A DNA stretch of 64,000 nt from the NCBI GenBank assembly GCA_964035545.1, contig OZ037765.1:7698698-7762697 (forward strand). The letters are read 5' to 3'. The notes under the pieces were generated by a model. It did not search any database. It was given only the letters and a program-made list of their open reading frames with translations, and was not told the DNA's origin. Shown one piece after another: positions 11,201-23,800 of the stretch (position 1 is the first letter of the stretch; each line of letters starts with the position of its first letter). The stretch is from Bugula neritina (Eukaryota > Animalia > Bryozoa). A program made the position numbers and the translations under genes.

Positions 11201-13954
11201 TGAACAATTTTAAACAATGAAAAATATATTTTTTATCCTGAAGTTCCCAATAGTTTTAATAAAAATGCCAGCCAAAAATGTGTTATGCAGATATATCATT
11301 TTATCTATTTTGCATTAATTTTAGATACAGTATTGTGATTAATCATATATATAATAGCCAAATAGGGAGTGTTTGTTTCTGAATTTGTCATTATATTTTC
11401 AATTCTAATTGTTGTATTGCACTTACATTGTCATATGTTTTATGCATTTGAAATTGATGCGATTCAGTAGATATAAACATTTTTATGGAATAATTTTCGT
11501 TGTTCTACGTTCATCTTTTCAGCTGTGATTTTTTTGGCACTTGTGAGTTTACTATAGCCAAACCTTTTTAAAGTCTTGTAATATTGAGCAAGAGTTTTGG
11601 GTAGGAAAAGTCACTTTTCTTAACAGCTTGGTAACTCATATGCTTAGATGCTGTTAGTTTGCTTCATGTGCATTTCCACAATTTTAAAGCTAATTGCAAA
11701 AAACAAGTCATCTTATTGAATGATATTCTCTGCTTCTACCACAGTAGATAGAATATACTAGATCTCAGAATTGAAAGCATCTTCTAAGTATTGACTATAT
11801 ACTGACTAGATACTGACTACTGACTATATACTGACTATGTACTGACTAGATACTGACTATATACTGACTATGTACTGACTAGGTACTGACTAGATACTGA
11901 CTAGATACTGACTATATACTGGCTATGTACTGACTATATACTGTGACTATGTACTGACTATATACTGACTAGGTACTGACTAGATACTGACTATATACTG
12001 GCTATGTACTGACTATATACTGTGACTATGTACTGACTATATACTGGCTAGGTACTGACTACATACTGACTATGTACTGACTATATACTGACTAGATACT
12101 GACTATGTACTGACTAGGTACTGACTATATACTGACTAGATACTGACTATAGACTGACTAGGTACTGACTATATACTGACTATGTACTGACTAGATACTG
12201 ACTATATACTGACTAGGTACTGACTAGATACTGACTATGTACTGACTAGGTACTGACTATATACTGACTAGATACTGACTATAGACTGACTAGGTGCTGA
12301 CTAGGTACTGACTATATACTGACTATGTACTGACTAGATACTGACTATATATTGACTATATACTGACTAGGTATTGACTATATACTGAATAGATACTGAC
12401 TATAGACTGACTAGGTGCTGACTAGGTACTGACTATATACTGACTAGGTACTGACTTGGTACTGACTATATACTGACTAGGTCATGTACACAAGTTGATG
12501 AAGCTGTGAAGTATATTTTTAATATGGCTATTTCTAGCAACTTGATCAGAATGAAGTACTCAATAATTTTTTGACGTATCTCAGCAGCTGGATATTCTTA
12601 ATTCTTTATCTCTGCTGCCAGGAGCATGTTACTTCAGCATTGTATATTCAGCTAATATTATTTCTACTACTACTACTACTACTACTACTGTTGCTACTAC
12701 TACTACTACTGCTACTACTACTGCTACTGCTATTATTACTGCTACTACTACTGCTGCTGCTGCTGCTACTAGTACTACTGCTACTACTACTGCTGCTGCT
12801 GCTACTAGTACTACTGCTACTGCTGCTGCTGCTGCTACTAATACTACTGCTACTGCTGCTGCTACCACTACTACTCTTGCTACTTTTACCACTGCTACTA
12901 CTACTTCTATTACTACCTCTATTACTACTACTACTGCTACTTCTACTGCTACTGCTACTGCTACTATTACTGCAATTTTCTATTGTTATTTCTGCACTAT
13001 TACTATACTTGGTATAATACATTCAATCTCTCATTACTCGGTGTTTCTGTTTTACACAAATTATGATAAAACTCACACTCACAAAGGGAGCATGTGTGCA
13101 TATTTTTTAACTTACAAATTAATATATATTGTATTTGCCTTGCTATACATTCATAGTTAGCGAGATGTACTTTATATACCCTTCATAGCTATCTGGTAAG
13201 CCTATGTTTTATTATTGTTAGATTATAATATATTTTCATATTCATTAACCACCCAGCACTTGTGTAGGTGTTTATGTAGAATGCATCAAGCATTCCAGTA
13301 TGCCTCTCATGATTTTTCTCTTTCACATCTTGCTTGTCGACAATAAAACACGCTTTTTGCTCTCTTAGTTCACTGCTGTGTGATTGACATTTCTAAGTGA
13401 TTGTGATTCAAGTATAAATACTTCAGAGTTGCATCATAAATTAAAGTTTATGTAAAAGGAGTAGACATACATTTTTCAGACTTCTAGTTTTAAGGTGTTC
13501 CATGTTAAGATTGCCTAGCACTGAGCAATTTTAATAGCTAATCCATTTAATGTAGAGTGTTCTGCACAATAAAATACACAAAACCAACTATTTTCAATAG
13601 ACACATGGTGGTTCTGTACTCTGTGATATCTAGGTCTAAACTTTACAATAGTAACTATTAGAGTGGAGGTTGAGCAAGTCTTGTGGTATCTAGTAAAGCT
13701 GAAAATTGAGTTGAATGTGAAAATTGAGGAACTAAAAGCCTGATGATGAAGTTAAACTAAGTTCATAAAAACAAATGCTATCATAAAATATTTTATGTTG
13801 TGATTGCAGCCTGCTATGGTTAGAAGTTGATTCAAGCCACCCTGATCAAATCAAGAATTTAGTAGAAAATAACTTAGACTGGGGTCTTCAGTACATACAG
13901 ACATACAATGACTTTCTTGGCAAGCCCCGATTCTGTTTGCTTTCACTTCAATAA
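8264..13954 (+). CDS. HEMK1: HemK/PrmC-family release factor glutamine N5-methyltransferase (mitochondrial type)
   Basis: Exons approx. 8264-8566, 9103-9185, 9401-9494, 9701-~9944, ~10250-10346, 10778-10877, 13810-13954. Motifs [32 protein letters not shown] (SAM motif I), [29 protein letters not shown]; N-terminal extension compatible with a transit peptide. Confidence 0.93.
11790..12481. repeat. 11-bp variant minisatellite TACTGACTA[TA/GA/TG/GG], ~60 copies, HEMK1 last intron
   Basis: Near-invariant 9-mer plus a variable dinucleotide, directly visible. Confidence 0.95.
12664..12972. repeat. Mixed (CTA/CTG)n trinucleotide repeat
   Basis: Visible run; explains the poly-L, poly-S and poly-V/A ORFs. 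Confidence 0.95.
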
Positions 13955-14806
13955 ATACAACATATCAGCTTTGTTTACACAATCAGGTGTCGTCACTCAT
14001 CTAATAACTATTGGTTTGAGTATTATATATTTGCTGCTAATTCTTAAATAATTATTTTGTGAATTTTAACAGTTTTTGAGCTTTTAGAAAATAAAATTCG
14101 GAGTTATCAGGTAATATTTAGTCATGGTAGTTAATAACTGATGGATATACAAAATCAGTTTTTACAAGTGCAGTGCAGACCATCTCTTTTAGAATACCAC
14201 ATCCTGGCAAGTTTATGTTCCCCTCGTCCAACAGTCTTTATTTTTATTACTTACTACTTTTACATTTATATTCTATTATAACATAATACGTATTGTAATG
14301 TTATTTTTAATTTGTGAAAGTTCATGCACTCTGTATAATACATATGATGCCATATATACTCTTTTTTTTCTGATAATTTTAATGCTTTACATATATTTCT
14401 CTATTAAAATATAGCACCCTAATGAAGTCAAAACATGTGTGAGCTGCAACCTCTAAGTACTAGCTCAATCTTAGTGTTGCTAATTAGTTATGCAGTAATT
14501 AATGTTGTGCTGTGTGTATAATATGGACTGAAACCGTGTAGAAGGAGATACCTGCAATGTAAACTAGCAGGCAGCTAGATTCACTAATTAGCTAACAGTG
14601 ATTTTCCTTGCTCAACCGCATAGACATTTGGTAATTACTGGGCTCTTCTAGGCTTGCCCGTCTTATTGGTCAGTTAAGAGCTTGGGCTGAAATGTTATTT
14701 GGATAAGTCGTACAAGCTTTTTCACTTCTCATTTATCTGCTGAAGCTCAACATATACCTTTTTCTCTGTGCTTGATTTCGCTACTACGCAACTCTCAAAT
14801 ATAAAA

Positions 14807-17800
14807 ATGGATTCGATAAAGAAAGCTATGCTTGCTATGAAGAATGACAAAGATGCTGCTACAGATCGAGCAGAAACACTTGAAAATGATCTTGTAGAGA
14901 AAAAAGAAGAAAAAGAAAAGGTACGTTAAAAGCACCATACTAAAGCTGATTGAAATAAGTGTGAAAAAGAAAATATTTTAAAGCTTGATGTGATACTTAA
15001 TTTGATTATAGCAACTACACAAGCAAGCTGGTAAATCTTGTGAAATAAAATAATAAATGCCTATAAATTTGAAAATTATTGGCGAATGAAAATAGGTCAT
15101 AATTTTGCACTCTTGGTAATGTCCTCGCACACTCCAGCTATTGTTTTTAAGGTTATTGAATTTTTTTAAACTCAGCTTTGTTATAGAATTTTGAAATGAG
15201 GCTTCTAGTTTGTTTTGATAAGAATACAAAACTATTTTGCATCTGCATATATTTTATTATTTAAAAGTATAAAATTATATAAACTACAGTTTAACCAGAA
15301 ACGACTCTTTCATCTAATTGTATAGACTAGCCATCAGCGGCTGTCAAAGAAATACTATTTTTCTGAATTTAAATGAAAAACAATTTATGAAGCATTAGTT
15401 AGATAGAAGAACTGAATTTGTTTATGTTTTTATGTTTAAAACATTTATAGATTGAGGAAGAAAGAGATGCCCTATTGAAGAGAATCAACCAGCTTGAGGC
15501 AGACACTACCACTGCCAAGTCCAGCTTCGAAGAGTGCACAAAGAACTTAGAAGAATGGAATGTACAGAAAGAAAAGGTTTGCAGAAGCATATCAATAATA
15601 TATACTTGCATGGGAAAAAAACATAATAATACACTTGTTGCTATGCTCCTTCCTGTGAAGGAAAAATCTTTTGAAAATTTAAAAACTATATGTATGCTTA
15701 TAGTGGATTAATCTGAGGAATAGTAGCCTACAAATCATTAAATAGTATTCCACTGTTGCCTATAACTGCGGGTGTGTATAAATACCTCGTAAGTGCCATC
15801 GTAATATTTCACCAACAGTTTAAATCTATCTTAAATCTATGTTTTGTTGCAGTACGAACTAATTTACATGTAGCTGCTTTGGAAATATAAAGATATGTTA
15901 ACAGACAATTATTGTGCAAATAAAAGCACATTTGAAAAAGATAACCACTGCAACTACTAAAAAGTAATTGAGATTACACAATAATAATAATTCAACTTCT
16001 GCAGTGACTGATGCCTCTATTATTATAATAAAAATACTATAAAATTATTCATAAAATTGAACATAAATCAACATAATTAACATAACCAACACACCTAGCA
16101 AAATGCAGCATTAGTTTATTCTACCTAGTACAAATAATCAGTTGGAGAGACCAATTAGTAGGCTGAAGATACATGCAATTCATATGATAATAATCTCATC
16201 TGCTTATACACCTTATAGCTTGTGCTGTCTCTACAACTGTTGAATGTAATAAAATACTCATCACCTTGAGTAACTGCACTCATCTGCAATCTTATTATAA
16301 AGGTAAACACATGCAAAAGGGACATAAAATAAACATTGAATTGAAATTTCAACTTATTTTTTTAATTAAATTGACACCTATTTATAATATTTAGTAGCAT
16401 AAAATAGCCTTCTTGAGTATTTCATTTGAGTCATAGCTCCCTAGTATATCTGATGGTCCGGGTTTTAGAGAAAGATTCAAAAAATTTTTGGCACAAATTA
16501 TTCTGTTCTGTGAAGTATTTTTTGAGACAAAACCCTAATCAAAAGTCAAAAGTATTGTTTTAATAGAATCCAAAGAATTATTATGATAATTGGACTGGTT
16601 TAGGCTTTACTGAGACTATTTCTCAAATCAAAATCAACATTTGTTTTATAAAACCCAGCTGAGAAATAGTACAACTAGTTAAAAAACTAGGTAAAATTGA
16701 TGCATAGACAAAATATATTTCTGAAATCACATTATAGGGAAAACATCTTTGCTTGGCTAATATTATAGTCTGACAATTTACTTTTTGTAGCACTATATAA
16801 ACTATGAATGTAAGTTTTTTTTTCCTTTGCATTCTTTTCCAATAAAAATTTAAATTGAGCTGCTAAAAAGTAACCATGTTTTGGTTACTATTACTTGAGG
16901 ATTTTATTACATTGGTTACTAAAGAAATGGGTTTGTGAAATTACATGGGAGTAAATAACTCCAAACTTATTAAGCATCGAATGCTTTCTTATAGAAAAAG
17001 ATAACTCCGTATTTAAGTACTATTAAACCGAAAGTGAAAATAAGCTATGCGTAGTAACTTTTATAGTCTATTTAAATTGCAATTAAAAAATTATATATTT
17101 TGTAGCATTTTAATTATAAAACAAATAATACAATTTTTTGTATATGTTTAAATTACTATTGTATTCTAACTAATATATAATACAAAGTTTAAGCTAATTT
17201 TAAAGCATTATTTATAGCGGAGCAATATATTATAGTAATTGGTCGGTTATGTGGAAGATGGCTTTTCCGGGTGTTGAAAGCTTCAGCTTGCAAGTTTCGG
17301 TACCGGCTTGACTGACCTACTAGAAGTTCTTCTGTTTTTTTACCTTTGTCAACCAAATAATTTGCAATGGCTGATCGAGGTCTTGTACTTGCAAGCGTGA
17401 AAAATCGCATGCAAGCTCTGAGAGATGAGTTGGATGTGGTAAAAGATAATTATGATCTAAAGTGTAGAGAATGTGAAGCATTGATTGAAGAGAAAAATCA
17501 GGTCTGTGAAAATCAAAATAGAAATGTTTTGCCATGCATAGACATTTTATATATTATTGTTCTTTCTGTTGGATTTTGTTTTGTGTTAATTCAATATGGT
17601 GTGCTGGTTTTTTATTGCTTCAGTTTTGCTTTCAGTTTCTTACTGTTTTGATTTTCAATTTGAATTTCAACGAATCCAATAGTTATAGTTATACTCGTAA
17701 CTCATACTCATACTCGTACAGTCAATTTCAAATTCACCATTCATTCATTGAATAAAATTAGAAATAAGAATGAGAATGAAAAGAATAAAAGAATCGGACC

Positions 17801-20800
17801 TTAGTCACACTCAGTTAGTCTGAATATCATATTAAACCAGTAAGATTCAGACTGACCACTAAGACTGATGAGTGATACTCGTGTTGGTGTGGGTAGTCTT
17901 TGCAGTTGAGTTGAAGACTAAGTCAAAATGAGAATGGATTTTTTTTATTGAGGTTGGCGCGGTTCTATTATTTTTTGACCTAGAATGAATAACATTAGCT
18001 CAGTAAGTGTAGTGTAGTACTAACAACTACTCTTAACTTTTAGCAGAAGACAATTGTGCAGTATAATTTATTTCCAAGATTGCTCTTCACTACAGTTGCA
18101 TATAATGAGTAACAAAAAGTAAGCCTAACCATTTATTGTTTAATTATATTCATCACTATTGATATTAACTATTTTTACAATTCGTTTGACTTTTAAATAT
18201 TTGCATAAATATTATAAATATATAAGACTATACAGAAAGTTGGTATTGTATTTAACTTTGCTGACTACTTATTATAGTCTTACTGTCTTCTCTTATTGTG
18301 AGCTGCTAGTCAGTGAGTAATTGCTATAAAGTAAACTGCTGAAATTGTAGCATAGTGTGAATACTGGTGATCAGCAAATTTAATTATTTAATAATTTCGT
18401 TTAAAAAATATGATAATTGATTGCAATGATGAGTACATTATAAAGAAATTTTTACCTACACACACACCATTATATGCCAGTTTACACTTAAATGGGTTAT
18501 GAAGTTAGTGGGGTTTAAAAAAGTAAGCTAGCCACCATCACAGGCTTTAGTTTGTCAAATTTATACAGCCACAAAATTATTTGATTAAAATTAATTTAAA
18601 TTTTAATAATATATTTAGCCTTAAATGAGTAACTAAATCAGTAAATAAGGAGATTTACAATCTAACAATCATAGTTGGTGTTAGAGTTAGACAAGGTATC
18701 TATGGTAATTTCAAAAAGTCTGGTAACTAAATTTTATGTTTGACATTAGCTTCAACACTCTTGACATTACCCAATTTTGTCACACTAGCATTTATATTTT
18801 ATTTTTAAAATGTAGTCTGTGCTCTTTGTGTATCTGAAATACTTCAAGAGAAGTTGCATATGGACATTTTAATAATACAGATTTTTTATTTAAAGATATT
18901 TTTAAAAATAATGATCAGCCAGAGGTTTTTGATTTGCAAGATGATCTGGTGGTTCTGATGCCTTAAAATCGCGAATATTATGGAAAAAATAACACATGTT
19001 AGGCTATATTTGATCTAAATGGCATACTGGTTTTTATTAGCAATACCCATAAAATTATCAAAAAACAGTCCAAATAGAAACCATCATTTGGCAGCCTCAA
19101 ACCAGTTAGAATTGACTGAATCCATAGCAACTGGTGTTGTTGACCTACTGGGACTGGGTAATTGCTGGAAGTCTACTTATATCTCTATGCCAGGTCATAT
19201 TGAATTGGTTTTCAAAGTTTTAATTTAGGAATCTACTAACTGAATTGTTAAAGTAAGTATATTTTTAGTTAGGAACTCAACATTGTTTTGATTTCCATTT
19301 GATGTTTTACAGAAACAACTGGATGAGTTTATAGAACTCCACTAATAATGAGTTACAATGAAAGTATGGTTGCATAGTGGGACAAAAATTCATAAAAGTT
19401 CATGAAATGTGTAATAATGGAATCACTTTTCTGAAATATATCTAAGGAATTGTTTCATTAAAAGACAATAGACAAACCATCAATGCCAATTTAGATCATT
19501 AAACAATGTACTCAGTATAGAATGAGGGTCAGAACTCTAAAAAAATATTCTTAAGTTCAGTTCAGTTCGACTCAATTTGACAACTGCAGTTGGTAAAGGC
19601 CATGCTATGTTTCATTGAATAGTATGATGAGGAGGTGGCAAGTCTCAATAGAAAACTTCAAATGGTAGAGGAGAAGCTGGAGACTACAGAGGAGCGTCTG
19701 GAGCAAGCTAATTCAAAATTTGAAGAGGCATCCCACCAGGCTGATGAGAGTGAGAGGTGAGCATCAAACTAGTAGTATTAGTTAGTAGGTGAACTAGTCA
19801 GGCAGGATTTCATACGAGAAGGAGGGGGGTAATACCAATGAAACTAATATTTTTATTGGGTGTGTGTATATAGTCTGCTGGTAGAGTGAATTAATTTGTG
19901 AATGACTAGAGCTTACAGTGGTTGCAGTCAGTAATCATTGTAGTCTAGAATGTGGTTTAATAATCGTGCCATTGTAAACTGGTGTCTGACCTAGTTGTTT
20001 TTGCTAGTAAAAAACAACTAGGTTGTTGTTTCACCATAGTTTACTCAAACACTTGTGGCAGTTAGCGGAGAACATCCTGATGAACAAGTGAACTAGCAGT
20101 TTATGTGGGCCGTGTGATCTTTAGATAACCTCAACTGTAACACAGCCATAACATGCCATACAACTACAGTGGAGTTGATCATAAAATTCAAAGCACTATC
20201 AGTGATACTTTACCCTGTATTGTTTCTATGATAATAAATTAAACGAAGCTTGCATCTGGTAATAAGACCTCACTACTAGCTTGTGTTTTATCTTGCCATT
20301 ACCCCTCAGTACCGCTTGGAAAGTTATGCTTGACTGAAGCACTGCTTAAGTCAATATATTTTATCAACGGAGTGAAGCTTATGCATGCATTTACCTCAAA
20401 CCCCAATAAGTATGTTACAAAAAGTGCATAGATTGAGCCCCATCTGTCAATATTTTTTACATGGATTCTGCCTCCACTTGTTTTCATGTGTCATTTGACG
20501 TATCTATGACACACTCATCAACTGCTACTGACCCACATACCAGTGTATATGACAGCCTGCAAACTGTTTCCTAGTTTTTCATGTCCCGCATTCAATTCAT
20601 ATAGATGTTGAATATGCTTGAGTGAACCCTGTTTATCACTTTTTGTGTGTCTGCATGCATAGAGCAAGAAAAGTATTAGAGAACCGTAACATGGGTGTTG
20701 AGGAGCAGTTGTCGACAAATGAGGCGCAACTTCGAGCAATAAAAGAGTCTGCTGAAGAGAGAGATAAGATGTATGAAGAGGTAAATGGTTGGACTTAGCA

Positions 20801-23800
20801 TCTCTGATCTCCGAAAACTGATTAAGTTCAAATCCTGTAAAACACAAGCTGTAGTAATCATAGTTTATAGTTCTGTGCCATTAGTCACCCTGTGGTAGTT
20901 TCTTGAAAGTGTCATTCTCCTTTTTCTGATTTCAGAGTTTAACTTTACTTTGGTGTTATTGCCCGTATTGGGTTCAATTACCTCTTTAATGTAATGATAT
21001 GTTGAATGGGGATATATATATCATAAAATATTTATTGTTCATGTTGAGAATTATAAAAGGCCAGCCTCCTTGCTGTTGAACAAACTGCCAAGTGTATTAT
21101 GTGCATTGTACAGCGGTAACTGATAGAAATTCAATGCTCCTTCTTTCAACTGCAATTGTAAAATTTAATTTTGCACACGTGTAATTTTCTGTTAGTCGGG
21201 TGCTATAGAGCGTAAACCCTGTTTGTGAAAAGTTTGTACTGCTATAATTTAGAATAACTCCATTAAGCCAATGTCTTGTAATCACCATCATTGTTTTTAT
21301 TGGAATGTATTGTATTTATTAGGGACTGTTAGATTGAGAATAGATTAGCTGTCTGCTCAACCTTTCAATAGCTTTTATGACCTTTGTCAGAGTTCGCTGC
21401 CCCGTTTTTACCACTTATTCATACATAATCAGTCACTTGGTTCAAGACCATGACCTGATAGAATTGTGTTATGTAACATGCATGTCTAATTTTAGGGTGT
21501 GTTTAGAATTGGAAACCTGCTATTAGGTGCCCCTGCAGCTTGACTGTTGGATTGTGTCACTAACCATCTAACTGGAATAATATTGGTAGAGGTGGTTGGA
21601 GGTGGTGGCTATCGCCCCACAGCATTTTGTTACTGGTTATGCAGTATTGTAGGCTACAGTGACAACCTTCACCAGTTAATTGTGCACTTTATGTTGGTAT
21701 ATATTCTCAGTCCAATAGTAATGTTTTAAGAGACAAGCATTCTACAAATGAATTTCAACTTCAAGAATTTTAATCTACTCAAGCATTGCTTGATGGAGGT
21801 GAAATGTCAGGAATTCGCTTTCTTGGATCCATTTAGTGTTATTTGCCCTTTCTCATTAAACCAGCTGTGCATTTTTAGAGGCCGTAAGGTTCTTGAAACT
21901 AGAGGTGCAACAGAAAGCTCTAAAATCACTAGCCTAGAGGAGGAGCTAAAAGAAGCGCAGTTCATCTCTGAAGATGCCAACAGGAAGCTGGAGGAGGTCA
22001 GAGAGAGAGAGTGGTTTTGCAGCATGAGCCCTGTTTTGGCATGAGCCTGATTTTAGATACTTCCTTCTGTTATCCAAGTTGTGGAGTATGTTGAAGTGTT
22101 GTTTGATTTCCTTCCTCTCACAACTGGGAAACTGATGAATATTGGCATGCCCTTTTGGTGTACTTGAACTGATGTCTTCTCCATCCAAGTGACAACCACT
22201 GATGGATGATGGTTTAAGAGGCTTCACCAAAGAGCAGAGAGTTCTGATTGTTTCTTTGGCTTATCTGCTCTCCTGTCATATGCTTGACTGAGTGTGAAGT
22301 ATTCATGCAATGTGTGGAGGGTTTTAAAATGATAGCCTTTTTATTTGCTAACGTACATAGTGGTGATGTTCAACTGTGAATCATTCAACTATTCACTCAA
22401 TTATGCAGTTCTGTGCTTTAGTTATGCTTCCCAGATTGTTTCCCTTGTCCGCCTGCCGGAAAATACATTCATATATTTGCAAAAGTATGCTACTTTCGAA
22501 ACTTGTTGATTGGTATTACTCATATTCCGGTTGATGGAGAATATAGAATTTCTTTCATCTTTTAGTTGACTTAATGTTGATAATATTTCATGTTTGCTAA
22601 TACAGACAGCTCGAAAGCTGGCAATGGTAGAAGGAGACTCCACCCGTGCTGACACTAAACTTTTAGCTGCCGAGCAGTAAGTCATTTAGGCATCCGTGTT
22701 TGCCCCGCCTGTGCTTGCATGTAGTGTGCCTTGTGTTTGTTGTAGACTGCACGCAAACTCGTCATTGTTGAGAATGAAGCAGCCCGAACTGAAGACAGGG
22801 CAGATACAGCCGAAGCGTGAGCATGCAAAACATTATTAATGTATTTTTAGTACAATTATTTTGGTTTGGCTTAATAATTTGATAATAATTTTAAAGAGTC
22901 TTTGGGAAGAGAAAAAAATTGAAACCGCTATGCAGTGTGTTTTACCTACAAATAGATGATGCTTGACTTTGTAATTAGACATGCTTTGCATGAATACTTT
23001 CGAGTGTGCACACCCTTTGATGTTTGTTTGCAGTAAAGTCAAACAGCTTGAAGAACAACTCCATGAAATTACTTCTAGTCTTAAAACCTTAGAAATTAAT
23101 GAAGTTCAGGTAAATAGTAAATATATGCATATGTAGAATATAGTATATGTGTGTATAGATCATGATGGGGCATTTTCTGTGTGTGTTGGGTGGTGTGCTC
23201 TTATTATTTTACTTTCCTCTAGTTTGCTGTCATTCACAACTTTTCAGGGTTTTTTTTCTAGGGCATCCGACTTTGAGTGTACATGCGTCTCACACTGGTC
23301 ATATTAGTTACTGCAATATATACCATGTTACTAAAACATAGACAAACTGTTCATGTTTTAAGCTGAACCAAAAATGCTCTTATGGTACCTTTTGGTAACC
23401 AACTAATGTTCTTTAGAAAATAACAATATAATTATTGTTCTAAGTTTTCACCAGTCTTTAAACCAAAGTCTATTTTTATCAATCTGAACACTTTCTACAA
23501 CTACTCTTGGCTTAGATTATGTTATATGAAGTTTTAGACTTTACTTGCTATATCCCATGTGCCACTCCCTATAAAGGGTTCTTTATTCTATCAAAGTGAG
23601 CCTATCATTTCGAGGTGGATAGTAGTGGTGTAAGATAAAGACTGCTCTATACTATTATGCTGAATGCTAGGGTGATGACCCAAATTAAGTAACCACTTAC
23701 ATGCCACTAGATGATAGACTGTACTAGTATGCTCAGTGTGATACTCTACACCTCCGCCTTATACACATATAATCCGATATCTTTATGTATGTAATGTAGA

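Noticed and set aside
12571-13022. Poly-Leu, poly-Ser and poly-Val/Ala ORFs
   Set aside because: Products of an intronic CTA/CTG microsatellite.
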